64,000 bases of DNA from an uncultured Spirochaetota bacterium (GTDB lineage: Bacteria; Spirochaetota; Spirochaetia; SZUA-6; Fen-1364): contig CAWJSK010000013.1 of assembly GCA_963845535.1 (NCBI GenBank), positions 224,001-288,000 of the forward strand, given 5' to 3'. Numbering within the stretch: position 1 is the stretch's first letter; each line of letters begins with the position of its first letter. Made by a program: the position numbers and the translations under genes. The notes under the pieces were generated by a model. The model was not told the DNA's origin. It saw only the letters and a program-made list of their open reading frames with translations, and did not search any database. Positions 16,701-25,747 of the stretch are shown in pieces.

Positions 16701-16831
16701 ACCACCGCGAGCACGTGCTTTCAGAGACGCTCGCCGTTTCCTGGAGCTGGGACTCCACGGACGCGGAAGCTGCGGAGATCGACTGCGGGGATGAGAAGTG
16801 CCTCGTGTCTCTTCGCAAGGCATCCCGGTGA
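13703..16831 (+). CDS. ileS: Isoleucine--tRNA ligase, type 2 (eukaryote/archaea-like)
   Basis: DGPPFATGLPHFGH, GWDCHGLP, WTTTPWTLPSN, KMSKS, type-2 C-terminus (EGMVRDLVRGIQNLRK); TTG start 13703 after AGGAGG. Confidence 0.96.
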   Translation: MYKPVDPKVSFPQVEEGILSFWQKKKIFEKSITQREGGEEFVFYDGPPFATGLPHFGHFVPSTVKDVIPRYQAMKGRKVERRFGWDCHGLPVEFEMEKELGISGKRQIEEYGVAKFNEACRSIVLRYTKEWRKVITRLGRWVDFDNDYKTMDLDYMESIWWVLSQLWKKGLMYEGYYILPYCPRCSTALSNMELNLGGYVDVADPAITVKFAVDGEPNTYILAWTTTPWTLPSNLGLALGADIDYVKVKDGAEFYILADQRLSAYYKSPEQYEIVARYKGSGLAGKSYQPLFPFFASAKAKGAFKTWLGDFVTTEEGTGIVHIAPGFGEDDYNLLKNTGVPIVCPVDAEARFTSEVADWQGTFVKDADKPIIKRLKELRLLVKQEQYTHAYPHCWRCNSPLIYRAVSEWFVSVEKIKKDMLAANDKIFWVPSHLKAGRFGKWLEGARDWAISRSRYWGNPIPVWRCEGCKKEECVSSRAELEKKSGAKVTDLHKHFIDDLTWTCSCGGTMHRIPDVLDCWFESGSMPYGQNHYPFENRERFDAHFPADFISESIDQTRGWFYSLVVLGAALFDKPTFRNVIVSGLILDSEGKKMSKSARNYTDPVEVINTYGADAMRLFLVDSAVLKGEDLRFSEAGVKDVVKSVIIPLWNAYSFFVTYANIDAVTVKGAPGKLDNPLDRWIISESERMVGEITTQLDQYELQRAVDSFVSFLSLLNNWYIRRSRRRFWKPGTDSDKQQAYETLHAALMKLILVASPFIPFITEEIYCNLRSPSQPESIHLADFPVYDESRRDLDLERQMKVTVRAVSMGRSLRTEYGLKIRQPLSALHVVTRDAEEKRILSEMEDLIKEELNVKSVLFRENEDELVEYRAKANFRVLGKQLGKDMKAAAEKISSLGLQQIHELLAGRPVNVEVDGRTFPVTSEGVEVQRIEKANLRVINDGSLTIALDPELTPELIQEGMVRDLVRGIQNLRKEKGLEVSDRIVLAISGSGALRAAAENHREHVLSETLAVSWSWDSTDAEAAEIDCGDEKCLVSLRKASR

Positions 16832-17766
16832 ACCGTCAACCGGCGGTCCGTCTCCTCCTGCGCGTTGGCGCGGCAACTGCCCTTGTGCTGCTCGCCTCAT
16901 GCCAGACGGTCCCGCAGCGCTCCTCGCTTGAGTGGATGGGAGTGCTTCCGGGGGATGCGACAATGTACATCTCCGTTGCAGTGCCGAAATCCGCTGATCT
17001 CATCCGCAAGACGTTGAAAGCGAGCGGCCCGGCCTACAACGACGTCATTACGCTTTCCAATTGGACGACCCGGCTCCTGGTTTCCGTCACGGTGGCGAAG
17101 GACGCGCCCATGAGCTTCGCGGCCGTGGCTCTTGGCGGGTATCCGGCTCTTCTCCTCAGGATGAGCCTTTCCGGAAAGAAGGAATGGAAGGAGGTCAAGG
17201 AGGCGGAAGGCAGCTACTACGCGTGGAACAAGGCGAACCTGCAGCTCAGTGTTCCCAACGGCAGCATCCTCCTTGCAGCGAACGGGCAGATGCCCACGCT
17301 CCTTTCCCGGTACAAGACTCCCGTCCCTCTTCCCTTGCCGCCGGAGGTGGCAAGCGACATGGAGAAAACGGACATCGTAGTTTACATGCCGCAGCTTCCC
17401 GGCGGAATAGGGGAGGCAAGCATTGACCAGCCCGCGGCGGAGGAATCCGTGGACCGTCCCCGACTGGCCATCCGTGACGTGTGGTTGGATGCCGTAAAGA
17501 CCACTGACGGCTACGTCCTTGGCGGCACAATGAACACGGACACGGAGGAGCAGGCGCGGGCGCTGTCGCTCGTGGTCAGGATCGGAATCGTCGCGTGGAT
17601 GAAGTCCTCGAACGTCCCCGACGCGGCGCAACGGCTCCGCACCATCACCGTCTCCGCGGAAGGGACAAGCGTGAGGGTGAAGGGCATTGGCGTGCATGAT
17701 GACGAGCTCATGCCGTTCATCCTCACGCTGCTGGGCGGCGGGCCTTCTTCTGACCAGGCTAACTGA
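16828..17766 (+). CDS. Hypothetical lipoprotein
   Basis: GTG overlapping the ileS stop; lipobox LLASC. Confidence 0.7.
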   Translation: MNRQPAVRLLLRVGAATALVLLASCQTVPQRSSLEWMGVLPGDATMYISVAVPKSADLIRKTLKASGPAYNDVITLSNWTTRLLVSVTVAKDAPMSFAAVALGGYPALLLRMSLSGKKEWKEVKEAEGSYYAWNKANLQLSVPNGSILLAANGQMPTLLSRYKTPVPLPLPPEVASDMEKTDIVVYMPQLPGGIGEASIDQPAAEESVDRPRLAIRDVWLDAVKTTDGYVLGGTMNTDTEEQARALSLVVRIGIVAWMKSSNVPDAAQRLRTITVSAEGTSVRVKGIGVHDDELMPFILTLLGGGPSSDQAN

Positions 17767-17767
17767 A

Positions 17768-18418
17768 ATGACGGACCAGAAGATTGTCGTCCTGGACTAC
17801 GGCGCCGGTAACCTTTCCAGCGTCCAGAACGTGCTTCGCCGCTTCGGCGCGGATTGTATCGTCACATCCGACCCCAAAGACGTGGAGCGGGCCTCTACGC
17901 TGATCTTCCCCGGAGATGGGGAAGCAGCGGCAGCCATGGGGGAGCTTCGGCGCAGGGGCCTGGATGAAGCGCTTCGGAGGTTCCACGCTTCCGGCCGCAA
18001 GATGCTCGGAATATGCATCGGCTGCCAGGTTATTTTCAGCCACTCCGATGAGCGTGATACCACGTGCCTGGGGCTTCTGCCCGGAGAAGTGAAACGGTTT
18101 TCGCGCTCCAAGGGGCTGAAGGTCCCCCACATGGGGTGGAACTCGGTCCGTTTCCAGGTCCGCCACCCCGTGTTCGACGGGCTGCCCCAGGAATCCTCGT
18201 TCTACTTCATCCACTCCTACTATCCTGTGCCCGCTGAGGCCGGACACGCGGCGGCGGTGACCGAATACGGGGAGACGTTCGTCTCCGCGGTGGCGGCCGC
18301 GAACGTGGTGGCGGTCCAGTTCCACCCGGAGAAGTCCGGTCCCGTGGGCCTGCATCTCATCTCCAACTTCCTGGCCTGGGACGGGTGCTGGAACGGCGGA
18401 GGAGCGGCCAATGCTTGA
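17768..18418 (+). CDS. hisH: Imidazole glycerol phosphate synthase glutaminase subunit
   Basis: DYGAGNL, GICIG, PHMGWN, QFHPEKS. Confidence 0.96.
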   Translation: MTDQKIVVLDYGAGNLSSVQNVLRRFGADCIVTSDPKDVERASTLIFPGDGEAAAAMGELRRRGLDEALRRFHASGRKMLGICIGCQVIFSHSDERDTTCLGLLPGEVKRFSRSKGLKVPHMGWNSVRFQVRHPVFDGLPQESSFYFIHSYYPVPAEAGHAAAVTEYGETFVSAVAAANVVAVQFHPEKSGPVGLHLISNFLAWDGCWNGGGAANA

Positions 18419-19178
18419 GAAACGGGTGGTGGTCTGCCTTGACGTAAAAGACGGCAGGACGACCAAGGGGATCAAGTTCAGGGACAACGTCGACATCGGT
18501 GACCCGGTGGCAATGGCGCGCAAGTACTACGAAGACGGGGTCGACGAGCTGGTATTCTACGACATCACTGCTTCCGCGGAGCGCAGAAAGATCCGCATTG
18601 AAACTGTTCGACGCGTCGCGGAGCAGGTCTTCATTCCTTTTGCCGTCGGAGGAGGCATCTCTTCCCGGGAGGAGATGCGGGAAGTGCTCCTCGCGGGCGC
18701 GGAGAAAGTAAGCGTGAACTCCGCCGCCGTGCGCACGCCCCGGATCATCACTGACGGCGCTTCGCTTTTCGGCAGCCAGTGCATCGTGCTCGGCATGGAT
18801 GCCCGGCGGGATCCGTCCAAACCGTCGGGTTACCGGGTGGTCATAGACGGCGGAAGGACGCCGACTGACTTGGACGCCCTTGCCTGGGCCAGGACCGCGG
18901 AGGAGCTCGGCGCCGGGGAAATCGTGCTGAACTCCATTGACGCGGACGGGACCCGTGACGGCTACGAAATCCCGCTTACCCGAATCATCTCCGAGGGAGT
19001 CGGAGTCCCCGTCGTCGCCTCCGGCGGCGCAGGCCGCCCGGAGCACCTCCTTGCGGTTTTCGAAGAAGGTAGGGCGGATGCGGCCCTCATAGCCTCCATG
19101 GTGCACTACGGAGATTGGACCATCGGACAGATCAAGGGATACCTGCGGGAGAGTGGCGTGCCCGTGCGCGTCACCTGA
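18411..19178 (+). CDS. hisF: Imidazole glycerol phosphate synthase cyclase subunit
   Basis: [38 protein letters not shown]. Confidence 0.97.
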   Translation: MLEKRVVVCLDVKDGRTTKGIKFRDNVDIGDPVAMARKYYEDGVDELVFYDITASAERRKIRIETVRRVAEQVFIPFAVGGGISSREEMREVLLAGAEKVSVNSAAVRTPRIITDGASLFGSQCIVLGMDARRDPSKPSGYRVVIDGGRTPTDLDALAWARTAEELGAGEIVLNSIDADGTRDGYEIPLTRIISEGVGVPVVASGGAGRPEHLLAVFEEGRADAALIASMVHYGDWTIGQIKGYLRESGVPVRVT

Positions 19179-19382
19179 ACGCGCGAGCCACAGGAACGCG
19201 CGAGCCACCCGGAAACAGGAGCTTTTTTCGCCAAACGCCTGACACGGTGACAACGGGGTGACGGCGCCCTGTTGCCGCGACAGTCAGGAGTTGCTATATT
19301 CTTGAAAAAGAGAGTCCCGAGGCGCTTGCAACCGCACAGATGCGCGAGAACCCTCTCTGTTCAGGAGTCAGGAGTCCTATCG

Positions 19383-19685
19383 ATGCCGACATATGAGTAT
19401 GTGTGCACGAAAGGCCACACGTTCGAGACCGTCCAGAGCATAAAAGACGAGCCTCTCAAGCGCTGTCCCACGTGCAACAGCTCGGTGCGCCGCGTGATCA
19501 ACGGAGGCATCGGGGTCATCTTCAAGGGAAGCGGGTTCTATACCACGGATTACAAAAAGAGCTCCGCCTTGACCGGCGGAAACGGCGGCAGCAAGGAAAA
19601 GGAAAAGAGCGCGGAGGGCGCGGCCACAAAAGCTCCGGAAAAGCCCAAGGAACCTGCCGGCGGAAAAACTTCAGAAAAGAAATAG
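19383..19685 (+). CDS. FmdB-family zinc-ribbon protein
   Basis: MPTYEYVC..GH, CPTC, FKGSGFYTTDY, Lys/Ala-rich tail. Confidence 0.9.
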   Translation: MPTYEYVCTKGHTFETVQSIKDEPLKRCPTCNSSVRRVINGGIGVIFKGSGFYTTDYKKSSALTGGNGGSKEKEKSAEGAATKAPEKPKEPAGGKTSEKK

Positions 19686-19688
19686 CCC

Positions 19689-20870
19689 CTACAAGGACAT
19701 CGTTTCAGCCTTCTCCAGCGCCTCGACCAGGAGGGATTCAACGGAGAGGCAGTCATACGCGCGCCTCATCCGATTGACCTCGGGATGAATCAGCGGGTGG
19801 ACGGGAGAAAACAGCACGCAGCAGTCGTCGTACGGAAGGTTCGACGTCTCGAACGTCTCAATCTTTCGCGCTGTAGCGATGATCTCTTCCTTGTTCATGC
19901 CGATCAGCGGTCGAAAAACAGGCAGCTCGGAAAGCGTCCCAGTGAAGTGGATGCTTTCAACCGTCTGGCTGGCCACCTGTCCAAGGCTCTCCCCGGTCAC
20001 CAGGCATTCGCCTCCCCGGCGTCCTGCCAGGAGCGTGGCGAAGCGCATCATGCAGGCCCGCAGGAGCAGCGTCACTTCCTCATCCTTTGCCTTCTCCTTG
20101 ATGCGGGCGAGCACCGGTGTGAAGTTCACAACGTGCAGGATGATGCCGGGCGCATACCGGCAAAGGATGCGGGTCAGCGCTTCGACTTTCTCCCTGGCCC
20201 CCTGCGACGTGAAGGGAGGGGAATGAAAGTACACAGCCTCCAACGCCATTCCGCGCTTGGCCATCATCCAGCCCGCCACCGGAGAATCGATGCCCCCCGA
20301 GAGGAGGAGCACGCCCTTGCCCGAGCTGCCCACGGGAAGTCCGTACGGCCCCGGTGATTGCGGCCCGTAGAGGTACGCGCGCTCGCGGATTTCTATGGAG
20401 AGGATCCAGTCCGGCTCATGCACGTCGACGATCAGCTCGAGAAAATGGGCGGTCAGGATATCCCCGATCCTGCACGCAATTTCGTAGGAGGTGAGCGGAA
20501 AGCTTTTCTCCGCCCTCCTCACTTCGGCCTTGAACCTTGCTCCCCGCCCTTCCGCGAGAAAGCGTTCGGTCAGGCTGATTGCCGCTTCTTCCACCGCGGA
20601 CATCTCTCGGGGAACGCGAACAGCCTCGCAGAAAGAGACCACGCCGAAAGTGCGCCCGAGAGCTTCCGCGATCCGGTCCTTGTCCTTGGCATGGAAGTCG
20701 AGGAAAACCCTGTGGAAAGTTTCATGCACAGAGAACGAGAGGTCAGGGAGGCGCGCGCGGATGGACTCCTTGAGGCTGCTCACAAAGGCCCCGCGGTTTC
20801 GTTTCTTGAGCGCGATCTCCCCGTATTTGATGAGAAAGAGACTGTCGGTTTCGGAACGCGGTCCGCTCAT
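19689..20870 (-). CDS. thiI: tRNA 4-thiouridine sulfurtransferase ThiI
   Basis: IKYGEIALK, THUMP domain, LLSGGIDSPVA, TGESLGQVASQT, DDCC. Confidence 0.95.
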   Translation of the reverse strand: MSGPRSETDSLFLIKYGEIALKKRNRGAFVSSLKESIRARLPDLSFSVHETFHRVFLDFHAKDKDRIAEALGRTFGVVSFCEAVRVPREMSAVEEAAISLTERFLAEGRGARFKAEVRRAEKSFPLTSYEIACRIGDILTAHFLELIVDVHEPDWILSIEIRERAYLYGPQSPGPYGLPVGSSGKGVLLLSGGIDSPVAGWMMAKRGMALEAVYFHSPPFTSQGAREKVEALTRILCRYAPGIILHVVNFTPVLARIKEKAKDEEVTLLLRACMMRFATLLAGRRGGECLVTGESLGQVASQTVESIHFTGTLSELPVFRPLIGMNKEEIIATARKIETFETSNLPYDDCCVLFSPVHPLIHPEVNRMRRAYDCLSVESLLVEALEKAETMSL

Positions 20871-22072
20871 GAGCGGCCCTGCGAGATCGAAAGGAGGGGC
20901 GGCATCTCTTCCCTGAGCATTCCGAGGAAGCCGTCGATTTCTGCCGCGGTCGTTGCAGGTCCGATGGACACTCGCATGACGGACAGCGCAGTGGAGTGGT
21001 CTATGCCCATGCTTTCCGGCACGCGCGTGCGGTCTTTCTTTTTTGTGGAGCACGCCGAGCCGGTGGCAATGCAGAACCCGTGCTCGTCCGACACGCGCAC
21101 GACAATCTCCCCCGTGAGCGGAGGGAAGCCCGCGCTCAGGATGTAGGGGGAGAAGGAGTCAGAGTCGATGCCGTCCCGGCTTTCGGGGAACAGGCGGGCT
21201 GCCCTGATTTCCTTGAGCCCCGAGATCAGCCGTTGCATCAGGAGGGTCGCGGAGGCATGGTTTTCCGCGAGCTTGGAAACTTTCTGTTCGGCGGCCGCGG
21301 CAAAGGCGCAGGCGCCGGCCACATTTTCCGTGCCAGGCCTGCGGCCACCCTCCTGGCCGCCGCCAAGAGAGAGGAAGGCTGGGTTGGCGCCCGCTTTCAG
21401 ATACAGGGCTCCGATGCCCCGCGGGCCGCCCACCTTGTGCGCGCTGAAGGACGCGGCGTCCACGCCGAGTGACGGGACGGAGACAGGGATCTTCCCAAGA
21501 GCCTGCACGGCGTCGGTATGCACGAGGACCTTCCGGCCCCTGCGTTGGGAAAACTCGGCCACGACGCGCGAGATCTGGTCAACCTTCTGGATGGCGCCCG
21601 TCTCATTGTTGACGAGCATGACGGAGACGAGCACCGTGTCATGATCGAGGGCGCTGGCTATGGCGCGCGGGTCAATGATCCCGTTGGGACCCGGTTTTAC
21701 GACCGTGCAGCTCATTCCCAGGGACTCCAGGCCGAGGGCCTGGTCGTGAATGGAGGCGTGTTCCACGGCCGTTGTGATGATACGGGCCCTGCGCCGCTCC
21801 GCCCCTCCCAGGCGGTAGCGGTCCAGAATAGAGAGGAGAAGGGAAGTATTCGACTCGGTCCCGCCGGAAGTAAAAACGATCTCGGACGGGGAGGCCCCGA
21901 TCAGGGCCGCAAACCTGGCGCGCGCCCGCGAAAGGAGCTCCGCCGCTTCCCGGCCGGCCCCGTGCGGAGATGAAGGATTGCCGAAGAAGCGTGTTGACAC
22001 TTCCGCGGCCTCCCGGATGGCCGCCTCTTCGGGGGGGGCAGAGGCCGCCCAATCGAGATACACCCGGCTCAA
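20867..22072 (-). CDS. Cysteine desulfurase (IscS/NifS family) coupled to thiI
   Basis: GNPSS, FTSGGTE, NNETG, HTDAVQ, SAHK (PLP lysine), TGSACS. Confidence 0.93.
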   Translation of the reverse strand: MSRVYLDWAASAPPEEAAIREAAEVSTRFFGNPSSPHGAGREAAELLSRARARFAALIGASPSEIVFTSGGTESNTSLLLSILDRYRLGGAERRRARIITTAVEHASIHDQALGLESLGMSCTVVKPGPNGIIDPRAIASALDHDTVLVSVMLVNNETGAIQKVDQISRVVAEFSQRRGRKVLVHTDAVQALGKIPVSVPSLGVDAASFSAHKVGGPRGIGALYLKAGANPAFLSLGGGQEGGRRPGTENVAGACAFAAAAEQKVSKLAENHASATLLMQRLISGLKEIRAARLFPESRDGIDSDSFSPYILSAGFPPLTGEIVVRVSDEHGFCIATGSACSTKKKDRTRVPESMGIDHSTALSVMRVSIGPATTAAEIDGFLGMLREEMPPLLSISQGRS

Positions 22073-22126
22073 GCTTGAAATGATTGGCTCCTCTCAGTAG
22101 AATTGACTGAGAAAATACCGAAGACA

Positions 22127-22432
22127 ATGGAAAAAAACAAGCTTCTGGACAAAGACATCCTCCGCGTCGAGCTGCGCAGATCGCTTCCGGCAATCGCGCG
22201 CAAGCTGAAGGTCTGCGGGCACCCCATCCGTCTGAAGCTCCTGTGCGCCATTGAACGCAGTGAACCCTGCGTCTCGGACCTCTGGCACTGCGTGGAGGAA
22301 TCGCAACCCGTCGTCTCCCAGCACCTCGCCGTGCTGAAGCGGGAGCACATCGTCTCTTCCCGCGTGGAGGGCAACCGGCGCATCTATTCCGTCATTGATC
22401 CCTGGGTCCGGGACCTCATCTCGAGGTTGTAG
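22127..22432 (+). CDS. ArsR/SmtB-family transcriptional regulator
   Basis: GHPIRLKLL, SQPVVSQHLAVLK, RVEGNRRIY. Confidence 0.88.
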   Translation: MEKNKLLDKDILRVELRRSLPAIARKLKVCGHPIRLKLLCAIERSEPCVSDLWHCVEESQPVVSQHLAVLKREHIVSSRVEGNRRIYSVIDPWVRDLISRL

Positions 22433-22440
22433 AGAGCCGC

Positions 22441-22860
22441 ATGCACGAGTGGGCGCTCGCGGACGCAGTGGTGGAGGCCGCAGCGGCGGCCTTGGAGAAG
22501 AGGGACCCGTCCTGCCTCCGCGCGGTGACGGTCCTCATCGGACAGCTCCAGGCAATCGACAGGGAGATATTTTCATTTGCCTTGGAGACAATCGTTTCAG
22601 AAAAGCCGTTTCCGAGCGCTGTCTTTCACCTTGAAACCGAAATTGCATCGTTTCGCTGCGAATCATGCGGCACGGAGTGGGACCTCGGAGATGCCGCGGG
22701 ACTTACGGCAGAGCAGCGGGAAGCCATCCATTTCCTCCCCGAGTCCGCTCACGCCTTCATCCGTTGCCCCGCATGCGGTAGTCCGGACTACCGCGTTCAG
22801 AAGGGCAGGGGCGTGCGGATCAGCAGCCTGGAGGTGGATGACAGGGAAGGGTGCGTGTGA
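22441..22860 (+). CDS. hypA: Hydrogenase nickel incorporation protein HypA (long CxxC-CxxC spacer type)
   Basis: N-terminal MHE motif, GQLQAID, CESC...CPAC, KGRG. Confidence 0.92.
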   Translation: MHEWALADAVVEAAAAALEKRDPSCLRAVTVLIGQLQAIDREIFSFALETIVSEKPFPSAVFHLETEIASFRCESCGTEWDLGDAAGLTAEQREAIHFLPESAHAFIRCPACGSPDYRVQKGRGVRISSLEVDDREGCV

Positions 22861-23606
22861 GTGATCCTCGGCCCGCCGTCGTTGCCAAGAGGCTTTCCAA
22901 CGTACGCCGCGTCATTGCTTTCAGCTCCGCCAAGGGCGGCGTGGGCAAGACTATGTGCACGGTCGTGTCTGCTCTTGCCCTTGCCCGCGGTGGACGCCGG
23001 GTCGGAATATTGGATCTCGACATGCAGGGGGCCTCCGCTCACCTCTTTCTCGGGCTGAAGCCGCGCCTCCCTCAGGAAGACCACGGCATCCTGCCGCTTG
23101 CTGTGGCAGAGGGCGTGTCGCTGATGAGCGTCGCGGTGTTCACCGGTGAGCGGGGTCTCCCTCTGCGGGGCTCGGAGGTCTCTGACGCCATCCTCGAGCT
23201 CCTGGCCGTCACGATGTGGGGCGACGCAGAGATCCTTCTTGTCGACATGCCGCCGGGGATGGGGGAGGAGATCCTGGACATCTCACGCATGGTGCCGCGC
23301 CTGGAGACGCTCGTGGTGTCGACGCCGGCAGCGGTTTCGGTGTCGGTCGTGGAGAGGTTGCTATCGGTGCTGAAGGAGCTTCGCGTCCCTGTGCCTGCCC
23401 TCATCGCGAACATGGTTCAGGAGGACGCCGGCCCGGTCAGGGAGCTGGCGCGGAGAACCGGGGTGGAACGCGTTGTCGAGGTGCCCGTTGATCAGGGGCT
23501 GGAAAAGGCTGTTGGGAACCCGGAGGCGCTCGCCTCTTCTCGCGCGGGGAGGGCTGTTGCGAAAGCCCTGGCAGAGCTCGGGTATCTAGAGGGGGCCGGA
23601 AAGTGA
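22857..23606 (+). CDS. Mrp/MinD-family P-loop ATPase (ATP-type HypB-like)
   Basis: SAKGGVGKT deviant Walker A, LDLD, DMPPG; no C-terminal CxxC; overlaps hypA. Confidence 0.85.
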   Translation: MSDPRPAVVAKRLSNVRRVIAFSSAKGGVGKTMCTVVSALALARGGRRVGILDLDMQGASAHLFLGLKPRLPQEDHGILPLAVAEGVSLMSVAVFTGERGLPLRGSEVSDAILELLAVTMWGDAEILLVDMPPGMGEEILDISRMVPRLETLVVSTPAAVSVSVVERLLSVLKELRVPVPALIANMVQEDAGPVRELARRTGVERVVEVPVDQGLEKAVGNPEALASSRAGRAVAKALAELGYLEGAGK

Positions 23607-23908
23607 GCATCTTCGAGATCATAATGCTGGTGTGTTTCGGCGCGGCATGGCCGTTCTCGATCTACAAGTCGTGGAGGACGCGCCAGGTGGCAGGCAAGAG
23701 CCTTCCCTTCCTCCTGGTGATCGTGGTCGGGTACATCGCCGGGATCCTCCACAAGCTGATCTACCATTTCGACCTCGTGATCTATCTCTATGCGCTGAAC
23801 GCGCTCATGGTGAGCATCGATATCATCCTCTACCTGCGCAATCGGGTGTATCACACGCGGGAGAGCCTCGCGGCGGCCGTCCGGGAGGGGAAAGGGGACG
23901 CGAAGTGA
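23603..23908 (+). CDS. Small PQ-loop-like 3-TM membrane protein
   Basis: FGAAWPFSIYKSWRT...GKS, three TM segments, coupled start. Confidence 0.7.
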   Translation: MSIFEIIMLVCFGAAWPFSIYKSWRTRQVAGKSLPFLLVIVVGYIAGILHKLIYHFDLVIYLYALNALMVSIDIILYLRNRVYHTRESLAAAVREGKGDAK

Positions 23909-24396
23909 GGGTGCTGATAGCGTACAGAAGCCGTTACGGCGCAACCCAGTCGTGCGCCCAATTCCTTGCGGACAGGGTTTCCGCCGAAACAGTGCTCCAT
24001 GACCTGCGGTTGCCCGGCAGGCCGTCACCGGCGGACTTCGACGTGATCCTGGTGGGCGGTTCGATCTACGGGGGAAAGATCCAGCGGGAGATCGGATCCT
24101 TTTGCGACCAGGAACGCGAGCGGCTCCTGTCGAAAAAGGTCGGCCTGTTCATCTGCAGCTTCTACGACGGAGAGAGAGGGATGGCGGAGCTCCAGGGGTC
24201 ATTCCCCCCCTGGCTGTCCGCGCACGCGTTCGCCCGCGAGCTTTTTGGCGGAAAGCTTTCCGTGGGGAAGCTTTCCGTGCTGGACAGGTTCCTGGCAAAG
24301 GCCGTTGTCCATCCGCCGCATGACATCTTCGCCATCCGAACGGAGGCAATCGAGCGGATGGCAGAAGCGGTGAACGCGCTGAAGGCTTCAGCCTGA
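23905..24396 (+). CDS. Flavodoxin-domain protein (HemG/flavodoxin_5-like)
   Basis: VLIAYRSRYGAT FMN loop, GGSIYGG, FGGKL; GTG overlapping the upstream stop. Confidence 0.85.
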   Translation: MRVLIAYRSRYGATQSCAQFLADRVSAETVLHDLRLPGRPSPADFDVILVGGSIYGGKIQREIGSFCDQERERLLSKKVGLFICSFYDGERGMAELQGSFPPWLSAHAFARELFGGKLSVGKLSVLDRFLAKAVVHPPHDIFAIRTEAIERMAEAVNALKASA

Positions 24397-24490
24397 CAGA
24401 CGTCACGCTGAGAGACCTTGCGCCGACGGACCTTACGCTGAGGGTCTCCGCGCGGATTACCGCGCTGACGGATTACCGCCTCCGCGCCGA

Positions 24491-25744
24491 CTACGGCGCC
24501 AGGACGAGGGCGCGCGCCACCAGGTGGGAGAGGAACTCCACCTTCATCCCGATGTTGTAGTGCTCGTTGAGGTCCGTGAGCTGGGTGTGGCAGTTCTCGC
24601 ACGCCGTGCAGATCACCTGCGCGCCGGATGCCTTCATCTGCTCCGCCTTGACCCGCCCTGAGGCCATGCGAAACTCTTTCTCCCCCATGGCAACGAGCCC
24701 GCCCCCGCCGCCGCAACACCAGTTGTTCTCCTTGTTGGGGGAGAGCTCGACGAAGTTGTCGGTCAGGTGGCTGATGACGTAGCGGGGCTCCTCGATGACC
24801 CCGCCGTTGCGCGCAATCTGGCACGGATCATGGTAGGTGAGCGTGCCGGAAAACCGCGAGGGGTCCAGGTGGATGCGGCCTTCCCGCACGTAGCGGGCAA
24901 TCAGCTCGACGAACGCGGACACCTTGAACGGATGGTAGCCGCTCATGTACTTCATCACACGAAAGGCCGTTCCGCACTCCACGATCACGACTTCCTTCGC
25001 CTGCAGCCGGATTGCCTCGTCATGAATCCGCCGGGCAATGAGCTGCATCTTCTTGGGGTCCCCCAGGAACGCGGCGAAGTTCACCGCTTCGAACCGGCTC
25101 AGCGTCCACTTCTCCCCGGCCGCGTTCATGATTGCCGCCGCGGGGACAATGGAGTGCTTGCCGGCAAGGGCCACGTACAGGACGTTGGCGCCCATGGCCC
25201 CGACAGTGATGGTTGGCCTGTCCGGGCTCGACGGCCAGATGGCCTCGATCTCCGGAGCGAGGTTCAGCACCGCCTGGTCGAAGCTTGCCTTCGTCTCTTC
25301 CGCCCCTTCCGCCTTTGCAATCGACATGTCCGAAAGCATGGTGAGGAGCTTGGGCTCCTTGTCCGCGCCGATCAGGAGGAGCTTGGCAATGGACATGATC
25401 ATCTGCGTGTCGATCCCGAACGGGCACCAGCTCATGCACCGCCGGCATCCCGTGCATGACCAGGCCGCGTCATACACGGATGCAAGGGTCTGGTCGTCCA
25501 TGGGGAGTACTTCCCCGAGCCACGGAGCGATCTTCCCCTGGAGCTTGAAGTAGCGCTTGAAGACCTTGCGGATCACCTCCGCCCGGCCTACCGCGGAGTA
25601 GCGCAGCTGGGGCATGGAGGCATAGACGTGGCAGGCTTCCACGCACACGCCGCAGCGCGCGCAGGTGTCCAGGTAAAGGCGCATGGCGCCGTTGAGCTTC
25701 GTCTCGAAAAGCTCTTTGAGCTTTGTGGATGTTGCCGCGTCCAT
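24491..25744 (-). CDS. Fe-S/CCG-domain oxidoreductase (HdrD/DsrK-like)
   Basis: Two ferredoxin motifs (CARCGVCVEAC, CTGCRRCMSWCP), YHDPCQ, CCGGGGG, CENC. Confidence 0.88.
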   Translation of the reverse strand: MDAATSTKLKELFETKLNGAMRLYLDTCARCGVCVEACHVYASMPQLRYSAVGRAEVIRKVFKRYFKLQGKIAPWLGEVLPMDDQTLASVYDAAWSCTGCRRCMSWCPFGIDTQMIMSIAKLLLIGADKEPKLLTMLSDMSIAKAEGAEETKASFDQAVLNLAPEIEAIWPSSPDRPTITVGAMGANVLYVALAGKHSIVPAAAIMNAAGEKWTLSRFEAVNFAAFLGDPKKMQLIARRIHDEAIRLQAKEVVIVECGTAFRVMKYMSGYHPFKVSAFVELIARYVREGRIHLDPSRFSGTLTYHDPCQIARNGGVIEEPRYVISHLTDNFVELSPNKENNWCCGGGGGLVAMGEKEFRMASGRVKAEQMKASGAQVICTACENCHTQLTDLNEHYNIGMKVEFLSHLVARALVLAP

Positions 25745-25747
25745 ATC

